This document shows, one piece after another, positions 1-12,051 of a stretch of DNA of 64,000 nucleotides. Both the position numbers and the translations under genes were made by a program. The notes under the pieces were generated by a model. It worked only from the letters and a program-made list of their open reading frames with translations, had not been told where the DNA came from and did no database searches. Position 1 is the stretch's first letter; the number at the start of each line of letters is the position of its first letter. The stretch comes from Azolla caroliniana (lineage: Eukaryota; Plantae; Polypodiophyta), in the NCBI GenBank assembly GCA_043228905.1, contig JBHGNT010000008.1, positions 3,906,001 through 3,970,000 on the forward strand, written 5' to 3'.

Positions 1-1680
1 CTACTACGTCACCATAGCGCATCCCTAACTAATAAAGTTTGCACATGTGGGTGCCTAATCTGTCGATCAAGCCCGCAAGAGGAGTGTAAATCATCTGAGC
101 ACGTTATCTCTTCCATGAGTTATTTATTAGATTCAATATTGTGTCTGAGAGAATCTGACGCTATCTTCCATATTCATAAATGTGTCATGGGTTTATGTCA
201 AGATTGTGGCCCTACTAGATTTAGGTGGTGTCCAAATGAATTGAGTAGTGAAATATTGATCTCTGTGAAGTTATTTGAGTCAGTGAACACCAATTTCGAA
301 GGAAAGGTGTGTAAAAGAAAGGATCTAGTTCGGAAGATGCTTAAACCAAGGGATTTGGTGTCTCTGTTTGTAGTATCTCTAGGAAAGTTCATCAAACACA
401 ATTTCATTTATTCATGGCAGGCCCATCAGTTTAAGACTTGCATATCTGATTTCCCAAATGATGTAGTAGTCTCAGTAGTAGATTTCGCAGAGAATTATAC
501 TTTCAAGCAGCAGAATGAAATTCAATCTATGCATTGGTGTTCAGTTCAGGTAACCATTTTTGTGCACATAACATATTTTCGAGTTTCAGGTGATGTTAAA
601 AAAGTAATTCATTTCTTTATTTCCGATGATAAGAAGCATGATACCTTGTTCGTCCAACACTGTTTTAAGTTACATTGGCAGTGGTTATTAGCTCAACGTA
701 AGGAGCTTACTCAACATTGGGTCTGGTCTGACGGAGCTGCGTCACAATTCAAGGCTCGACGTCCATTTTATTTTGTGGGGAGGTATCCTGCTATAACAGG
801 TTTGGAGATGAGATGGAATTTTTTTGGGTCTGGCCATAGTAAAGGTGAACATGATGGTGCAGGGGCTGTTATAAAGCGGGCACTTACCCATGAACAACTA
901 AAGACAGATGGTGTGCACATGAATTGTGCATCACATGTAGTTGAATTTTTAAGAACAAATATGTCGACGAGTGCCACAGGTGTTTATTCCTCGCAAGTTC
1001 AAGATATCAAACGTGAATTTTGGGAAGTGAAGATAGATGAAGTAAATAGGGAGAAGACCTGGGAGTGCCAAGGAATTCCCGAATTGCGATCTCTGCATGC
1101 TGTTCGCGGTTATTCCAGGTTGGATGGTCATTGTATTGCGGTTAGAGAATTGACTTGTTTTTGCTTCCATTGTGTGCAGGGAAATTGGAGATATTGTCTA
1201 AACAAAGCATACATTCAGAATTGGGAGTATCACACTCTGAATGATAAGGAAGCAGTTGATGGAGAAACAGGGCAGAATGCTGACTTCACATATGAGGGAC
1301 TTGGAGATACTTTGAGTGATGTCCTGAACGTTGGGGATAACTTCGCTGTAAATGCTGAAGAAGGCAATTCAGAGGGTGCTGATTTCTATATATTAAAGTG
1401 CACGGTTAGTAAACAGTGTGCAAGGCAGAATATTGTAGATGCATGGGGAAATTTTGTATCTGCCGGGACATTCTACATCGAAGGCATTTTTTATGCAAAA
1501 CTAGATGACTACGAATATGTGTACAGGCTGTTAGAAGACAAACCAACGGCGTATATGTACTCTCATTTGGTCAGATGCATCAACGTCCCAATGTCAGAAT
1601 ACAATAGCTGCTCCGGTTTATACACTGTTGGTGCTAATGTGTATGAATGTATTTACAATAGTATGCCATGGAATTTGTAG
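1..1680 (+). CDS. Sola2-like DDD transposase, 5'-partial
   Basis: Frame is open from base 1 (LLRHHS...VCTCGCLIC) through ORF 115-1680. Motifs VDFAENY...EIQSMHW, WSDGAASQFK and NFFGSGHSKGEHDGAG, with Cys clusters on both sides of the core. Confidence 0.75.
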   Translation, partial: LLRHHSASLTNKVCTCGCLICRSSPQEECKSSEHVISSMSYLLDSILCLRESDAIFHIHKCVMGLCQDCGPTRFRWCPNELSSEILISVKLFESVNTNFEGKVCKRKDLVRKMLKPRDLVSLFVVSLGKFIKHNFIYSWQAHQFKTCISDFPNDVVVSVVDFAENYTFKQQNEIQSMHWCSVQVTIFVHITYFRVSGDVKKVIHFFISDDKKHDTLFVQHCFKLHWQWLLAQRKELTQHWVWSDGAASQFKARRPFYFVGRYPAITGLEMRWNFFGSGHSKGEHDGAGAVIKRALTHEQLKTDGVHMNCASHVVEFLRTNMSTSATGVYSSQVQDIKREFWEVKIDEVNREKTWECQGIPELRSLHAVRGYSRLDGHCIAVRELTCFCFHCVQGNWRYCLNKAYIQNWEYHTLNDKEAVDGETGQNADFTYEGLGDTLSDVLNVGDNFAVNAEEGNSEGADFYILKCTVSKQCARQNIVDAWGNFVSAGTFYIEGIFYAKLDDYEYVYRLLEDKPTAYMYSHLVRCINVPMSEYNSCSGLYTVGANVYECIYNSMPWNL

Positions 1681-2155
1681 CTACAAGTAGCACTTACCAT
1701 GTTCTCTTGTAAAACAAACATGTATTTCGCGAAAACAGATCAATAAATTCATTTGGAATCAATTTCTTGTATACAGTCTGCTTTCTGTGCTTCTTTCTCA
1801 ATAAAATCATGTCTTTTTTGTTAAGTTTGAAGTTATAAGTTATAGCGAAATAGTCATCAGTAGCTAATTAGCTGTACAAATGCAGCTAATTAGCTGTACA
1901 AATGTATTTACAATAGTATGCCATGGAATTTGTAGCTACAAGTAGCACTTACCATGTTCTCTTGTAAAACAAACATGTATTTCGCGAAAACAGATCAATA
2001 AATTCGTTTGGAATCAATTTCTTGTATACAGTCTGCTTTCTGTGCTTCTTTCTCAATAAAATCATGTCTTTTTTGTTAAGTTTTAAGTTATAAGTTATAG
2101 CGAAATAGTCATCAGTAGCTAATTAGCTGTACAAATGCAGCTAATTAGCTGTACA
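1646..2155. repeat. 255-bp tandem duplication covering the transposase stop and 3' UTR
   Basis: AATGTATTTACAATAGTATGCCATGG... starts at 1646 and again at 1901; the copies are nearly identical. Confidence 0.9.
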
Positions 2156-3452
2156 AATGCAGCTAATTAGCTGTCAATAGCTAAATAGTCATCAATAGAA
2201 TGAAATCAACATCAAATGCAGCTAATTAGCTGTCAATAGCTAAATGTCATCAATAGGTAATTAGCTATGGTAGTAGCTAATTAGCTAGTAGGATAGCTAA
2301 TTAGGTACTTTACTCAACTATGGTAGTAGCTAATTAGCTAGTAGGATAGCTAATTAGCTACTAGGATAGCTTATTAGCTACTTTACACAACTATGGCAGT
2401 AGCTAATTAGTTACTAGGATAGCTAATTAGTTGCCAGTGGCTAATTAGCTAGTAGGATACCTAATTAGCTTTTTTACACAACTATAGTACTAGCTAATTA
2501 GCTAGTACCATAGCTAATTACCTACTAGGATAGCTAATTAGCTAGTAGGATAGCTTATTAGCTACTTTACACAACTATAGTAGTAGCTAGGATAGCTAAT
2601 TAGCTACTATGGTAGCTAATTAGCTACTTTACTCAACTATGGTAGTAGCTAGGATAACTAATTAGCTACTTTACTAACTATGGTAGTAGCTAGGATAGCT
2701 AATTAGCTACTTTACTAACTATGGTGGTAGCTAGGATAGCTAATTAGCTACAATGAAAGCTAATTAGCTACTTTCTCAACTATGTAGTAGCTAGGATAGC
2801 TTATTAGCTACTAGGACAGCTAATTAGCTGCCAGTAGCTAATTAGCTACTAGGATAGCTAATTAGCTGCCAGTAGCTAATTAGCTACTAGGATAGCTTAT
2901 TAGCTACTTTACACAACTATGTCAGTAGCTAATTAGCTACTATGATAGCTAATTAGCTAGTAGGATAGCTAATTAGCTTTTTTACACAACTATGGTACTA
3001 GCTAATTAGCTAGTACCATAGCTAACTAGCTACTAGGATAGCTTATTAGCTACTTTACACAACTATGTCAGTAGCTAATTAGCTAGTAGGATAGCTAATT
3101 AGTTGCCAGTAGCTAATTAGCTAGTAGGATAGCTAATTTGCTTTTTTACACAACTATGGTACTAGCTAATTAGCTAGTACCATAGCTAACTAGCTACTAG
3201 GATAGCTTATTAGCTACTTTACACAACTATGGCAGTAGCTAATTAGTTACTAGGATAGCTAATTAGTTGCCAGTGGCTAATTAGCTAGTAGGATAGCTAT
3301 TTAGCTTTTTTACACAACTATGGTACTAGCTAATTAGCTAGTACCATAGCTAATTAGCTACTAGGATAGCTAATTAGCTAGTAGCTCATTAGCTGCCAAT
3401 AGTTAATTAGCTAGTAGGATAGCTAATTAGAAAAGACTAAGCTTATTAGCTA
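2110..3452. repeat. Satellite of palindromic (T)AGCTAATTAGCT(A) motifs
   Basis: Dozens of copies of the 12-14-bp palindrome with CTAGGATAG and TTTACACAACTATG spacers; higher-order blocks of about 165 bp. Confidence 0.95.
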
Positions 3453-5600
3453 CAGTATGGTATACCTGTTTGTTTTCTCCACTCATTTGGTAGAGTTGTA
3501 CTGCAATCTCCCAAACAGAATGCAGCAATTCGACAGGCATGTTGAAAACAAAGCAGATGGTATGTGTGGTTGCATGGTTGTAGGTGAACCAACAAAGACG
3601 CAGTTTTGTCCTCCACACCTAACCCGCAAGCGATGCAACGTGCTTGAACTGTCAATAAATCATTTTCTGGTTCTACTTCATTTGGTAAGGGAGCAAGAAT
3701 GTTCAGGTCCAAATCCTGTCTGGTCCTTACCATTCCCTCCACAAAATGTAGCTTCTTCTTAAGGCAGCTAACTACCTGTTCTTGATGAATGTATTGTTCC
3801 TTCAACGCAATAGAGAAATTTACCGATTAATTATTCTTGTTGTTGAAAGATACACCAACTTTGCTCAGGAATCGTTAACTTACTTGAAGCTTATCCAAAT
3901 TGTAATCTGCAACAGTATTTACACCTAGAAGGTCCAGGTTCATTGAAAGAACCTGGATCTCTATTTGCAGTTCTATTTTACGCTGGGGATCCAGTGGCCC
4001 CTCTAATTCAAGCTCCTGTTGCGCAACCTATTCCAGATAATGCTTGATTAGCACATTTTACCCGTTATTTATAACACAATCACATACCAGCAAAACAATA
4101 GTTACCTGAATCTTATTTCTAATTGTTGTAACAGCAGAAGTAACTTTGCTCTCCATTGCAGAAGCCATTGTGGCTTTCTCTAAATCAGTCTTAAAAAATG
4201 CCAATGTCTCACAGGCTTCATGGACATTTTTTAGCATATAGCTAACCAATGTCTCACCTGTATCATCGACATTGGCTTTCCTTGGGTGTCGGTGTGGTGT
4301 ATGCCCCCGGTCTTGCTGGGAGTCGGCAGTTGCATCAACAGCTGCCATGCTCCAAAATCTGTCTATTTTTTGTGCCAAGGTCCCCATCTTTCGGCATCTT
4401 TTTACCAATGCCTCACCATAGATTGCCCAAGCTACCCTATACATTTCAGGGTCTCTAGATTCCTTCGCTGTTTTGCAGTACTCATATACAAATGCTCTAG
4501 CAAATGAAACTGCCAACTCATTGTTGACTGGGATCTCCTGATGAACTTTCTGGTGCAGTCTCATGCAGTCATCGTACAAGTCGGCTCGTACATGCTTCAG
4601 CTTGACCTTGCCTTTGACTCTAGGCACTGTATATACTGTCATCCAGTCTATATCACTGATCAATTTATCACTTAGGACAGCAGGGTCAACACCCTCCAGT
4701 GACAGACCATAGGTGTTGTGGAAGTCCTCCTTTGTCTCGCAAAATTTTGCGAAGTTTAGCACTCTCGTATACGGAGGAACGAGCCATCTGAAATATCATT
4801 TCAGAAATCAGAAATAGTGCAAAATCAGAATATGTGAGAATCAAAAACCCCAATCAACAACAACAAAAATGGTGCAAAATCTTTAACTTAGCAAATCAGA
4901 AACCCTAATCATAATTTGTATTCAGAAATTTGAAATCAGAAACCCTAATCAAAATCTGTAATCAGAAGTTTGAAATCAGAAACCCTAATCAAAATCTGTA
5001 ATCAGAAGTTTGTAACCAGAAACCTTATTCAGAAATTCTAATCAGAAATTTATAATCAAAAACCCTAATCAGAAATTTCAATCAGAAACCCTAATAAAAA
5101 ATTTCAATCACAAACCCTAATCAGAAATCCTAAGCAGAAATTTATAAACAAAAACCCTATTCAGAAATTCTAATTTGTAATCAAAATTTGTAACCAAAAA
5201 CCCTATTCAAAAATTCTAATCAGAAATTTATAATCAAAAACCCTAATCAGAAATTTCAATCACAAACCCTAATCAGAAATTTCAATCACAAACCCTAATC
5301 ACTAAAGACAGGATTAAACACAAAAAAAGTAATATAAACACACCTGTTGCTACTCCCCGATTTGCGAGACATCCTTGTATGGGACTCCAAGGACTTCGCC
5401 CTATTCGATTTTGGGGAAATATAAATCGGCACCAAAGTTCAGACAGTAGTCAAAAAGAAAAAACAAATGTTTGGGGTTTCTGTAACTGAAACATACCTGG
5501 ACGATGATCGAGCAGGTTCTGTGTTGTAGCTCTCAATCTGCAATGTCGATTTTTTGCTGTTGCGGGAGCTACGTCTGCGTTCGTGCTCTGAGTACTCCAT
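3446..5600 (-). CDS. Spliced 5-exon gene, 446 aa, coiled-coil-like region plus C-terminal RING-H2-like finger
   Basis: Exons 5600-5497, 5400-5344, 4787-4106, 4027-3884, 3799-3446 (1341 nt). All four introns are GT-AG, phases 2,2,0,0 are compatible and there is no internal stop. C-terminus CIAC...PCNHTYHLLC...CLGDC. Confidence 0.75.
4840..5305. repeat. AAACCCTAATC (telobox-like) minisatellite in intron 2 of the RING-like gene
   Basis: Roughly ten AAACCCTAATC-type motifs in 25-40-bp units with CAGAAATTT. Confidence 0.85.
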
Positions 5601-5845
5601 CTGCGTTCAAAATCAGACTTAGGCTAAACAGGAAATTGATGACATTGAAGTCGACCTTAGATGATGGTGATATTCCCCAAGTTCCACTACGTCTGAAACA
5701 GAAGTTCAAATATTTGAGTTTTTTCATAAATTAGTTTTTCAAATATTTGATTTTCCCACAAGAAAGACTAGCTAAACAAATAGCTAATTAGCTATGGCCA
5801 TTTTAGTAGCTAATTAGCTATAATAGTGTTTCCACTCGCATGCTT

Positions 5846-8800
5846 TTACCCTTGACCAATAGTAAATGCACGAGGACGTCTATCCTGATCAGCATAAAAT
5901 CGAGCACGATCTTGAGCTGTCTTGACATTTTCTTTGGCAATATGCAACATTTGGTTCATGTCTTGCAAAAAATTGCGTGTACTGTCTAATGTATCACGAT
6001 GAATCGTGACATCAACTGGGGCACGTGGCTGAAAACCATACATCAACATAAAAGGACTATATCCAGTGGATGTATGTTTAGAGCTATTATAGGCAAATTC
6101 TAAGATAGGAAGGTATTGCTCCCACTTAGAAGGGGTTTTTGCTACATAAGCTCGAAGCATGTCCTCAATAATTTGATTAACTCGTTCAGTTTGTCCATCA
6201 GACTGAGGATGATCTGCGGAACTCATGCTCAACGTAGTTTCTAGTTTCTTAAAGACCTGAGTCCAAAAGTCACTAGTAAACTTGGAATCTCGATCACTAA
6301 CAATATCCATCGGTAATCCATAAAAACGAAATAACTCATCAACAAATTGATAAGCCAACTGTTGAGCGGTTACCGTGGTTTTTGTAGGAATAAATCTAGC
6401 TAATTTTGTTAGCCTGTCAACGACAACCCATATGGCATCATGACCCCTCTGTGTACGAGGTAAACTAACAATAAAATCCATCGAGATACTTTCCCATTTA
6501 TTGTTGGGAATATCTAAGGGATGTAAAAGACCAGCAGCTTTAAGTCGTTCCGACTTATTAATCTGACATTGTAAGCATTGAGTTACGTATTTATGCACGT
6601 CAGAGCGCATCTTAGGCCAGAAAAAAGTACACGAGATGAGAACGAGTGTGCGTTGTATTCCAGGATGACCAGCAGATGGTGCATCATGACATTCATGAAA
6701 AATTTTCTGTTTAACATTTGGTAAATCTGGAACACAGACCTTTCCACTACGGTAGAGCAAACCGTTTGTAATGTGAAAGGTCGTCTTCGAGGGTAGGGTG
6801 CTAGTATCGGCATCTAAACCAGATTCGGCTTTCGTCCAGTATTTTGAGAAATAACTGTCATCAAGGTATTTCCCTCGAAGGTGATCTAAAAGATCAGATT
6901 TTATTTCCGTGAAGCTAAGCATGTTAACTTCTTTAATGCGACTAAGAGCATCAGCAACGGTGTTCATAGAACCCTTGCGATATCGTATGGAAAAAATCAA
7001 AATCTTGCATAAGGTCAGCCCAACGGCCTTTACGACCAACAAGATCGGGCTGGTCACAAAAATACTTTAATGATTGATGGTCTGTTGTAACCACAAATTT
7101 ATTTCCATAGAGATAGTGCCTCCATGTTTTAAGTGCGTGTATCACCGCAAACAACTCTTTCTCTTGAACCGAATACCGAGATTGAGCAGCATCAAGCTTC
7201 TTACTTTCAAAAGCAATAGGGTGACCACCTTGATAAAGAACGGCACCAATAGCATAATCACTAGCATCGGTTTCAATTGAGAAAGGCTTAGAAGGGTCTG
7301 GTAATAGAAGAGTGGGAGCCTGACACACATGCTCCTTGAGTGTCTCAAATGATTTGTCAAGTTGTTCATTCCATGAAATTGGTTTGACAGACTTACGTGG
7401 ATGACCTTTTAAAAGGTCAGTTAATGGCGTAGTCAATTTGGAATAGTTACGAATTGATTTTCGTAAAAATCCAACAAACCCTAAGAATGATCTAAGTTCA
7501 CGAATATTACGAGGAATGGGCCAAAGTTTAACCTTTTCAATACGAGAAGGTTCAATTTCAACGCCATTTTCTGTAATTAAATGACCTAGGTACACAATAG
7601 ATTTTTGGAAGAAGTCACATTTTGAATGTTTTGCATAGAAAGAGTTGTCACGCAACTTTCGCAAAACAAATCGAACATGTTGAACATGATCTTGCAAGGT
7701 ACGGCTATATATCAAAATATCATCCAAGAAGACGACAACAAAATCACCGAGTTGATCTCGGAAAACATCATTCATCGCTTGTTGGAATGTGGCTGGAGCA
7801 TTAGTCAACCCAAATGGCATGACTAAAAACTCATAATGGCCATAGCGCGTACGAAAGGTGGTTTTAGGAATATCATCCTCGGCGATGCGAATCTGATGAT
7901 AACCAGTTCGTAAGTCAATTTTCGTAAAATATCGAGCCCCGTGCAAATGATCAATCAAATCATCGGCACGAGGTAATGGATATGCATTCTTAATTGTCAT
8001 TTTATTCAAACGGCGATAATTGATACACATTCGCCACGAACCTTCCTTCTTCTTGACTAATAGAACTGGCGCACCCCAAGGTGATTTACTATACCTAATG
8101 TGGCCCATACTCAAGTATTCCTTAAGTTGTTTAGCAATCTCATCCTCTTCTAATCGACTAAGTCGGTAAGGTGGAATGCTCACAGGAGCAGCCCCAGGGA
8201 TGAGTTCAATTTGATGGTCCACATTACGTTTAGGTGGTAAAGTAAGCGGTAATTCAGTAGGAAACACATCTTGAAAATCCTCTAAAATAGAGTCGAGTAA
8301 TCGTTGCTCAAAATGTGGTAATTGTGTGGCGTCAATATTAAAATAATAAAATTGAACCGCAGGATCAATTACACACGAATAAATTAATGAACTAGAATAC
8401 TCACCTAAAGATTTAGAAGACACAAGTGAATGAGAAGGAAGTTTGGAACATTGAATAAAATGTTTACAATTATTAAGTTCAAATGTGATTGAGTGATTAA
8501 CCCAATCAATGGACAAAGAAGGGTTTTTATTAAAAAACCAAGGATATCCTAAAATGACATCTGCGGATTGTAATTTCATAACATGAAAGTCAAGCTTCTC
8601 CAAATAAGTATCTATTTGAATTGGCAGTTGACAAACAATGCCACTGATGTATTGAACGTTTCCATTTGCCATGTGAACTTGATAGATATGATCACTTGCG
8701 TTTATGTGGAGCTCCATTTGCTGCACAAAGTGATCATTAAGAAAATTGTGAGAACTACCGGAATCAAACAAGAAATGTGCTTGTGTTCCATTGATATATC

Positions 8801-9824
8801 CGACTGCTCGGAGTAAATCATTAGGTCCAAGTAAATGTGAAGGAAAAGTGCATTCACATAAACTTAAGTGATTGGTATGAACTTCAACAATATCAAAAGA
8901 CTCACCTGTGTGACTCGTAGATTTGTCTTGAGGAGGGGTGTTCATTGACTTCCTCTCAAGACGACGACAGGTATCCTTTGTGTGGCCCCGCTTCTTGCAA
9001 TATGCACAGAAGAGGTTCGGTTTCTTTGAGTCGCGGTCAAGAGTGTCACTGGATTGCTTACGTTTCCCAATGAACTTGACATTCGGAGTTTTGGCGAACT
9101 CAGGTTTATTGTGGTCTTTCTTGGAAGTCCTATGGTATCGCAGCACAATGTTGACGGCTTCCTCGAAAGTTGTGGGGTCCTTGTCATGGACAATCCAATG
9201 ATAATCCCCATTGGGAATACCATTCAAAAAACAAGCGACAAACCATTTCTCACCCGTAAGTCCCGATTTTTGGATCTGGGTCCGAGCGTGATGTACATAA
9301 TCCTCGAGAGAGGTAAATGGCTTACTAGACAATGTGAGCAAGTGTTGCGCTTGTTCGGTTTGAGAAGGTGGCTGCAAGAATTGTTTCTTAAAAACATCAA
9401 CGAAACCTTCCCAAGTTGTGGGTAAGTTTTTTGCGGTCCTTAGGCCACGCCACCAAGCAGCAGCTCGGCCACCTAACTCACGACCGACATAACCAATTTT
9501 TACTGCATCGGGCTTGGGATGAAGCTCAAAGTGAGACTCCCAACGACCAAGCCAAGTGCTAATGGCCTCCTCGGTTCTTTCTTTCTTATCTCCCTTGAAA
9601 GGCGTGACTACGAAGGAAGGTTCACCTTCTTTCTTGGACTCAATAGTTAATTCTTGGAATTTCTTTTCCAATGCCATATTGACCTGTCTCATTTCGGCCA
9701 ATTGATTCAAGGTAGTAGTGAGCAATTGCTCAATAGTGATCTCAGCTTGTGTGCGAGATGCGGATTGGGGTTGAGAGGTCTCATTTGGAGAGATCGTTCC
9801 AACTGCGTTCAAAACTTGTTCCAT
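5846..9824 (-). pseudogene. gag-pol of element A (1-bp frameshift near 6995, integrase truncated)
   Basis: CAYCKKRGHTKDTC knuckle, FDSGS protease, VFLDD RT, ETDASD RNase H, HDAPSAGH...CLQC and SMDF...SDRD...TE integrase. An A6 run here versus A5 in element I explains the frame break. Confidence 0.9.
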
Positions 9825-10814
9825 GATGCACGCTGTGGGTATGCAATAAAATAAGGAGGTTCAGAAAATACACAAGCAAAATGAATGCTTGAAATTTTGA
9901 TTGAAAGAACTTTATCCAAGAACGTATCTCATGTCTTTACCCCTCTAGACATATGAGATGTGATTCGAGATCCGATAACTATGGTAACACTATGGTGTTT
10001 TAAAAACCATGGGGGAAAACATAGCTAAGATGTATTTCTCGGATCTCTACCTTGAGTAATCATGGCGGCTCCCCAAGGCTCAACCATGGTTCTTACATCA
10101 ATGAAATTTCCTAGATAGCCTTATATTAATGCCAACCCATCATGTATTATATGGTCGAGAAAGTGTATTACGTGAAAAAACAAGTGCACTCACAAGTAAT
10201 ATTCTAGTCTTGCGAGCAATAAGCAAACGTGATGATAAAATGATAAAATAAGGCACTACTCATAAGAGTTAAGTAGTGACGAAAACAAGGGTAAAAAAAA
10301 GAACCCATGTGTTACCTACGAAAAAAACAATGTCACAAATAAATGGGAAGTGCAAGGTATGCACATATACATCCCAATATGATTGTTATAACTTGCACAA
10401 TTGTGACATAAGCCACAAATTGATACAAGTGATGACGGTGTTGTGCGCAAAGATGTAATACTCAAATCCATGAGTAAAACATCAATAAGGGAACTCATAT
10501 GGTTTTACTCGTTTTCTAAGGCTTGATGATAAGAGTTAAACCTAGATGACCCGTTGAAAAAAAAAATCGTTCAACAAGCCACTCCATACGAAAAAATAGT
10601 CTACACGTAAAGGTTACATTAAAATAAACGATGTAAATACTTTATACATGAAAAGGAAGTGGAAAAAGGAGAGTTAATTGTGGGCGGGTAAATAATAATT
10701 ACTAGAAAATCATATAAGTGAAACAATACTTATGAAATTAAAATTTAATTAGAATAATCAACAATTAGGTGTATGGAATCAAACATGCCCTAAGATACGA
10801 AACCCTAGGGTAGT

Positions 10815-11150
10815 TGACATGCACCTCCTCAAGACCACCACATATCCCTAGAATCGGCCAAGTAATGGCTAATTAAAGAGGAAAGTGGCATAGGTAAGTG
10901 ACATATACCTCGTCAAGGCCACATCATCCCTTAGAATCGGCCAATTGATGGCTAATTAAAAAGGAAAGTGGCATATGTAAGCTACATATACCTTGTCAAG
11001 GCCACAACATCCCATAGAATCGGCCAATTGATGGCTTAATAGAGAGTAGAGTGGCATAGGTAGGCAACATACACCTCGTCAAGGCCACATCATCCCTTAG
11101 AATCGGCCAAGTGATGGCTCAATAGAGGGGAAGAGTGGTATACTCAACAT
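10815..11150. repeat. About 4 x 83-bp tandem repeat in the 5' UTR of A
   Basis: Unit CATAYACCTCGTCAAGGCCACA...TAGAATCGGCCAA...AGTGGCATA repeated. Confidence 0.85.
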
Positions 11151-12051
11151 CATATGCAAAACGGCCATGAGATAAGTGTGTGCGATTAGAGCAAACACGC
11201 TCGACCCAATGCACAAGAATAATTATTATCGTAAGAGTTCAAGAGAGGAGAGAGTGGGATATATATCGCAATATGCAAAAGGCCATGAGTTGAGCGTGTG
11301 CGATTAGTGCAAACATGCTCGGCCCGATGCATAATAATAAGTAAAATCGTAGCGTAGTAGGAGGTAGAAAGAAAGAGAATAAAACGTAATACCAATTTGA
11401 TTCGACCATAAAGAACGCATAATAGAAAAAGAGAAGAGATCAAAAAAGAAGAATACCGGGTTTAGAGTGTTGTTTTGATCCTGAGAAGAGCATGACGAGC
11501 CTTGTTAGATCCCCCTCGCTCACACGCAAAAAACATCAAAACAATAAAAAAATTGTTAGTAAAAGCTCTGATACCACTGTTAAGAGTCTATTACTAATCA
11601 ATAGACCAAATCAAGTAAAAAGGAAGAAAATAGATTGGATAGAAGAACCCGTTCCACCCGACCACCCCCGAGCTATGATCTAGACATAGCCAACCTACCA
11701 TCGACGTCCCATACCGCCGGATATTAGGATGACTAATACCTTGGAAGAGATAAACACGATCGTCGAGACGAAAGCCTAGCCCGCACCACCGGTGTCTACG
11801 ACAGCAACCTTCCGACGTGATGATCCTTATGAGGGTAGCTAAGCCTCATATTTATACCTTTTCCTAGGCCCCTTGAATAGATGTGCCTTTCTAAAAGGCT
11901 CTCTATTCATTGGTTGTCTAAATCATGATAGTGCATGCACATATCATTCATTCTATCCAATCATTAGTCCCCTTTTTAATAATAGTGAACATACCCTTCA
12001 CTAATGTAAATATTAGTGACCTACCCTCACCAACGTTATGTGTACATAACA

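Larger units (their letters stand above)
1..5837 (+). mobile_element. Sola2-like DNA transposon, right part (left end outside window)
   Basis: Contains a DDD transposase ORF. Candidate terminus ...AATAGTGTTTCCACTC at 5837 reads 5'-GAGTGGAAAC on the minus strand (Sola2 ends are GRG), with subterminal AGCTAATTAGCT motifs. Gypsy sequence begins about 10 nt later. The end assignment is inference. Confidence 0.55.
5846..12051 (-). mobile_element. Element A: Ty3/gypsy, chromovirus-like, 3'-truncated
   Basis: 5' LTR 11578-12051 (TGTTATG...TTAACA on minus), tRNA-iMet PBS TGGTATCAGAGC at 11565-11576, long 5' UTR, then gag-PR-RT-RH-INT. Homologous to chromodomain-bearing element I. Confidence 0.9.

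Noticed and set aside
2110-3452. CRISPR-like array
   Set aside because: No unique spacers and no cas genes; eukaryotic satellite.
4840-5305. True telomere or interstitial telomeric tract
   Set aside because: Motifs are spaced within longer units, not tandem CCCTAAA.
6951-7057. Programmed frameshift in pol of A
   Set aside because: Homologous element I has one fewer A and reads through; a simple insertion mutation.
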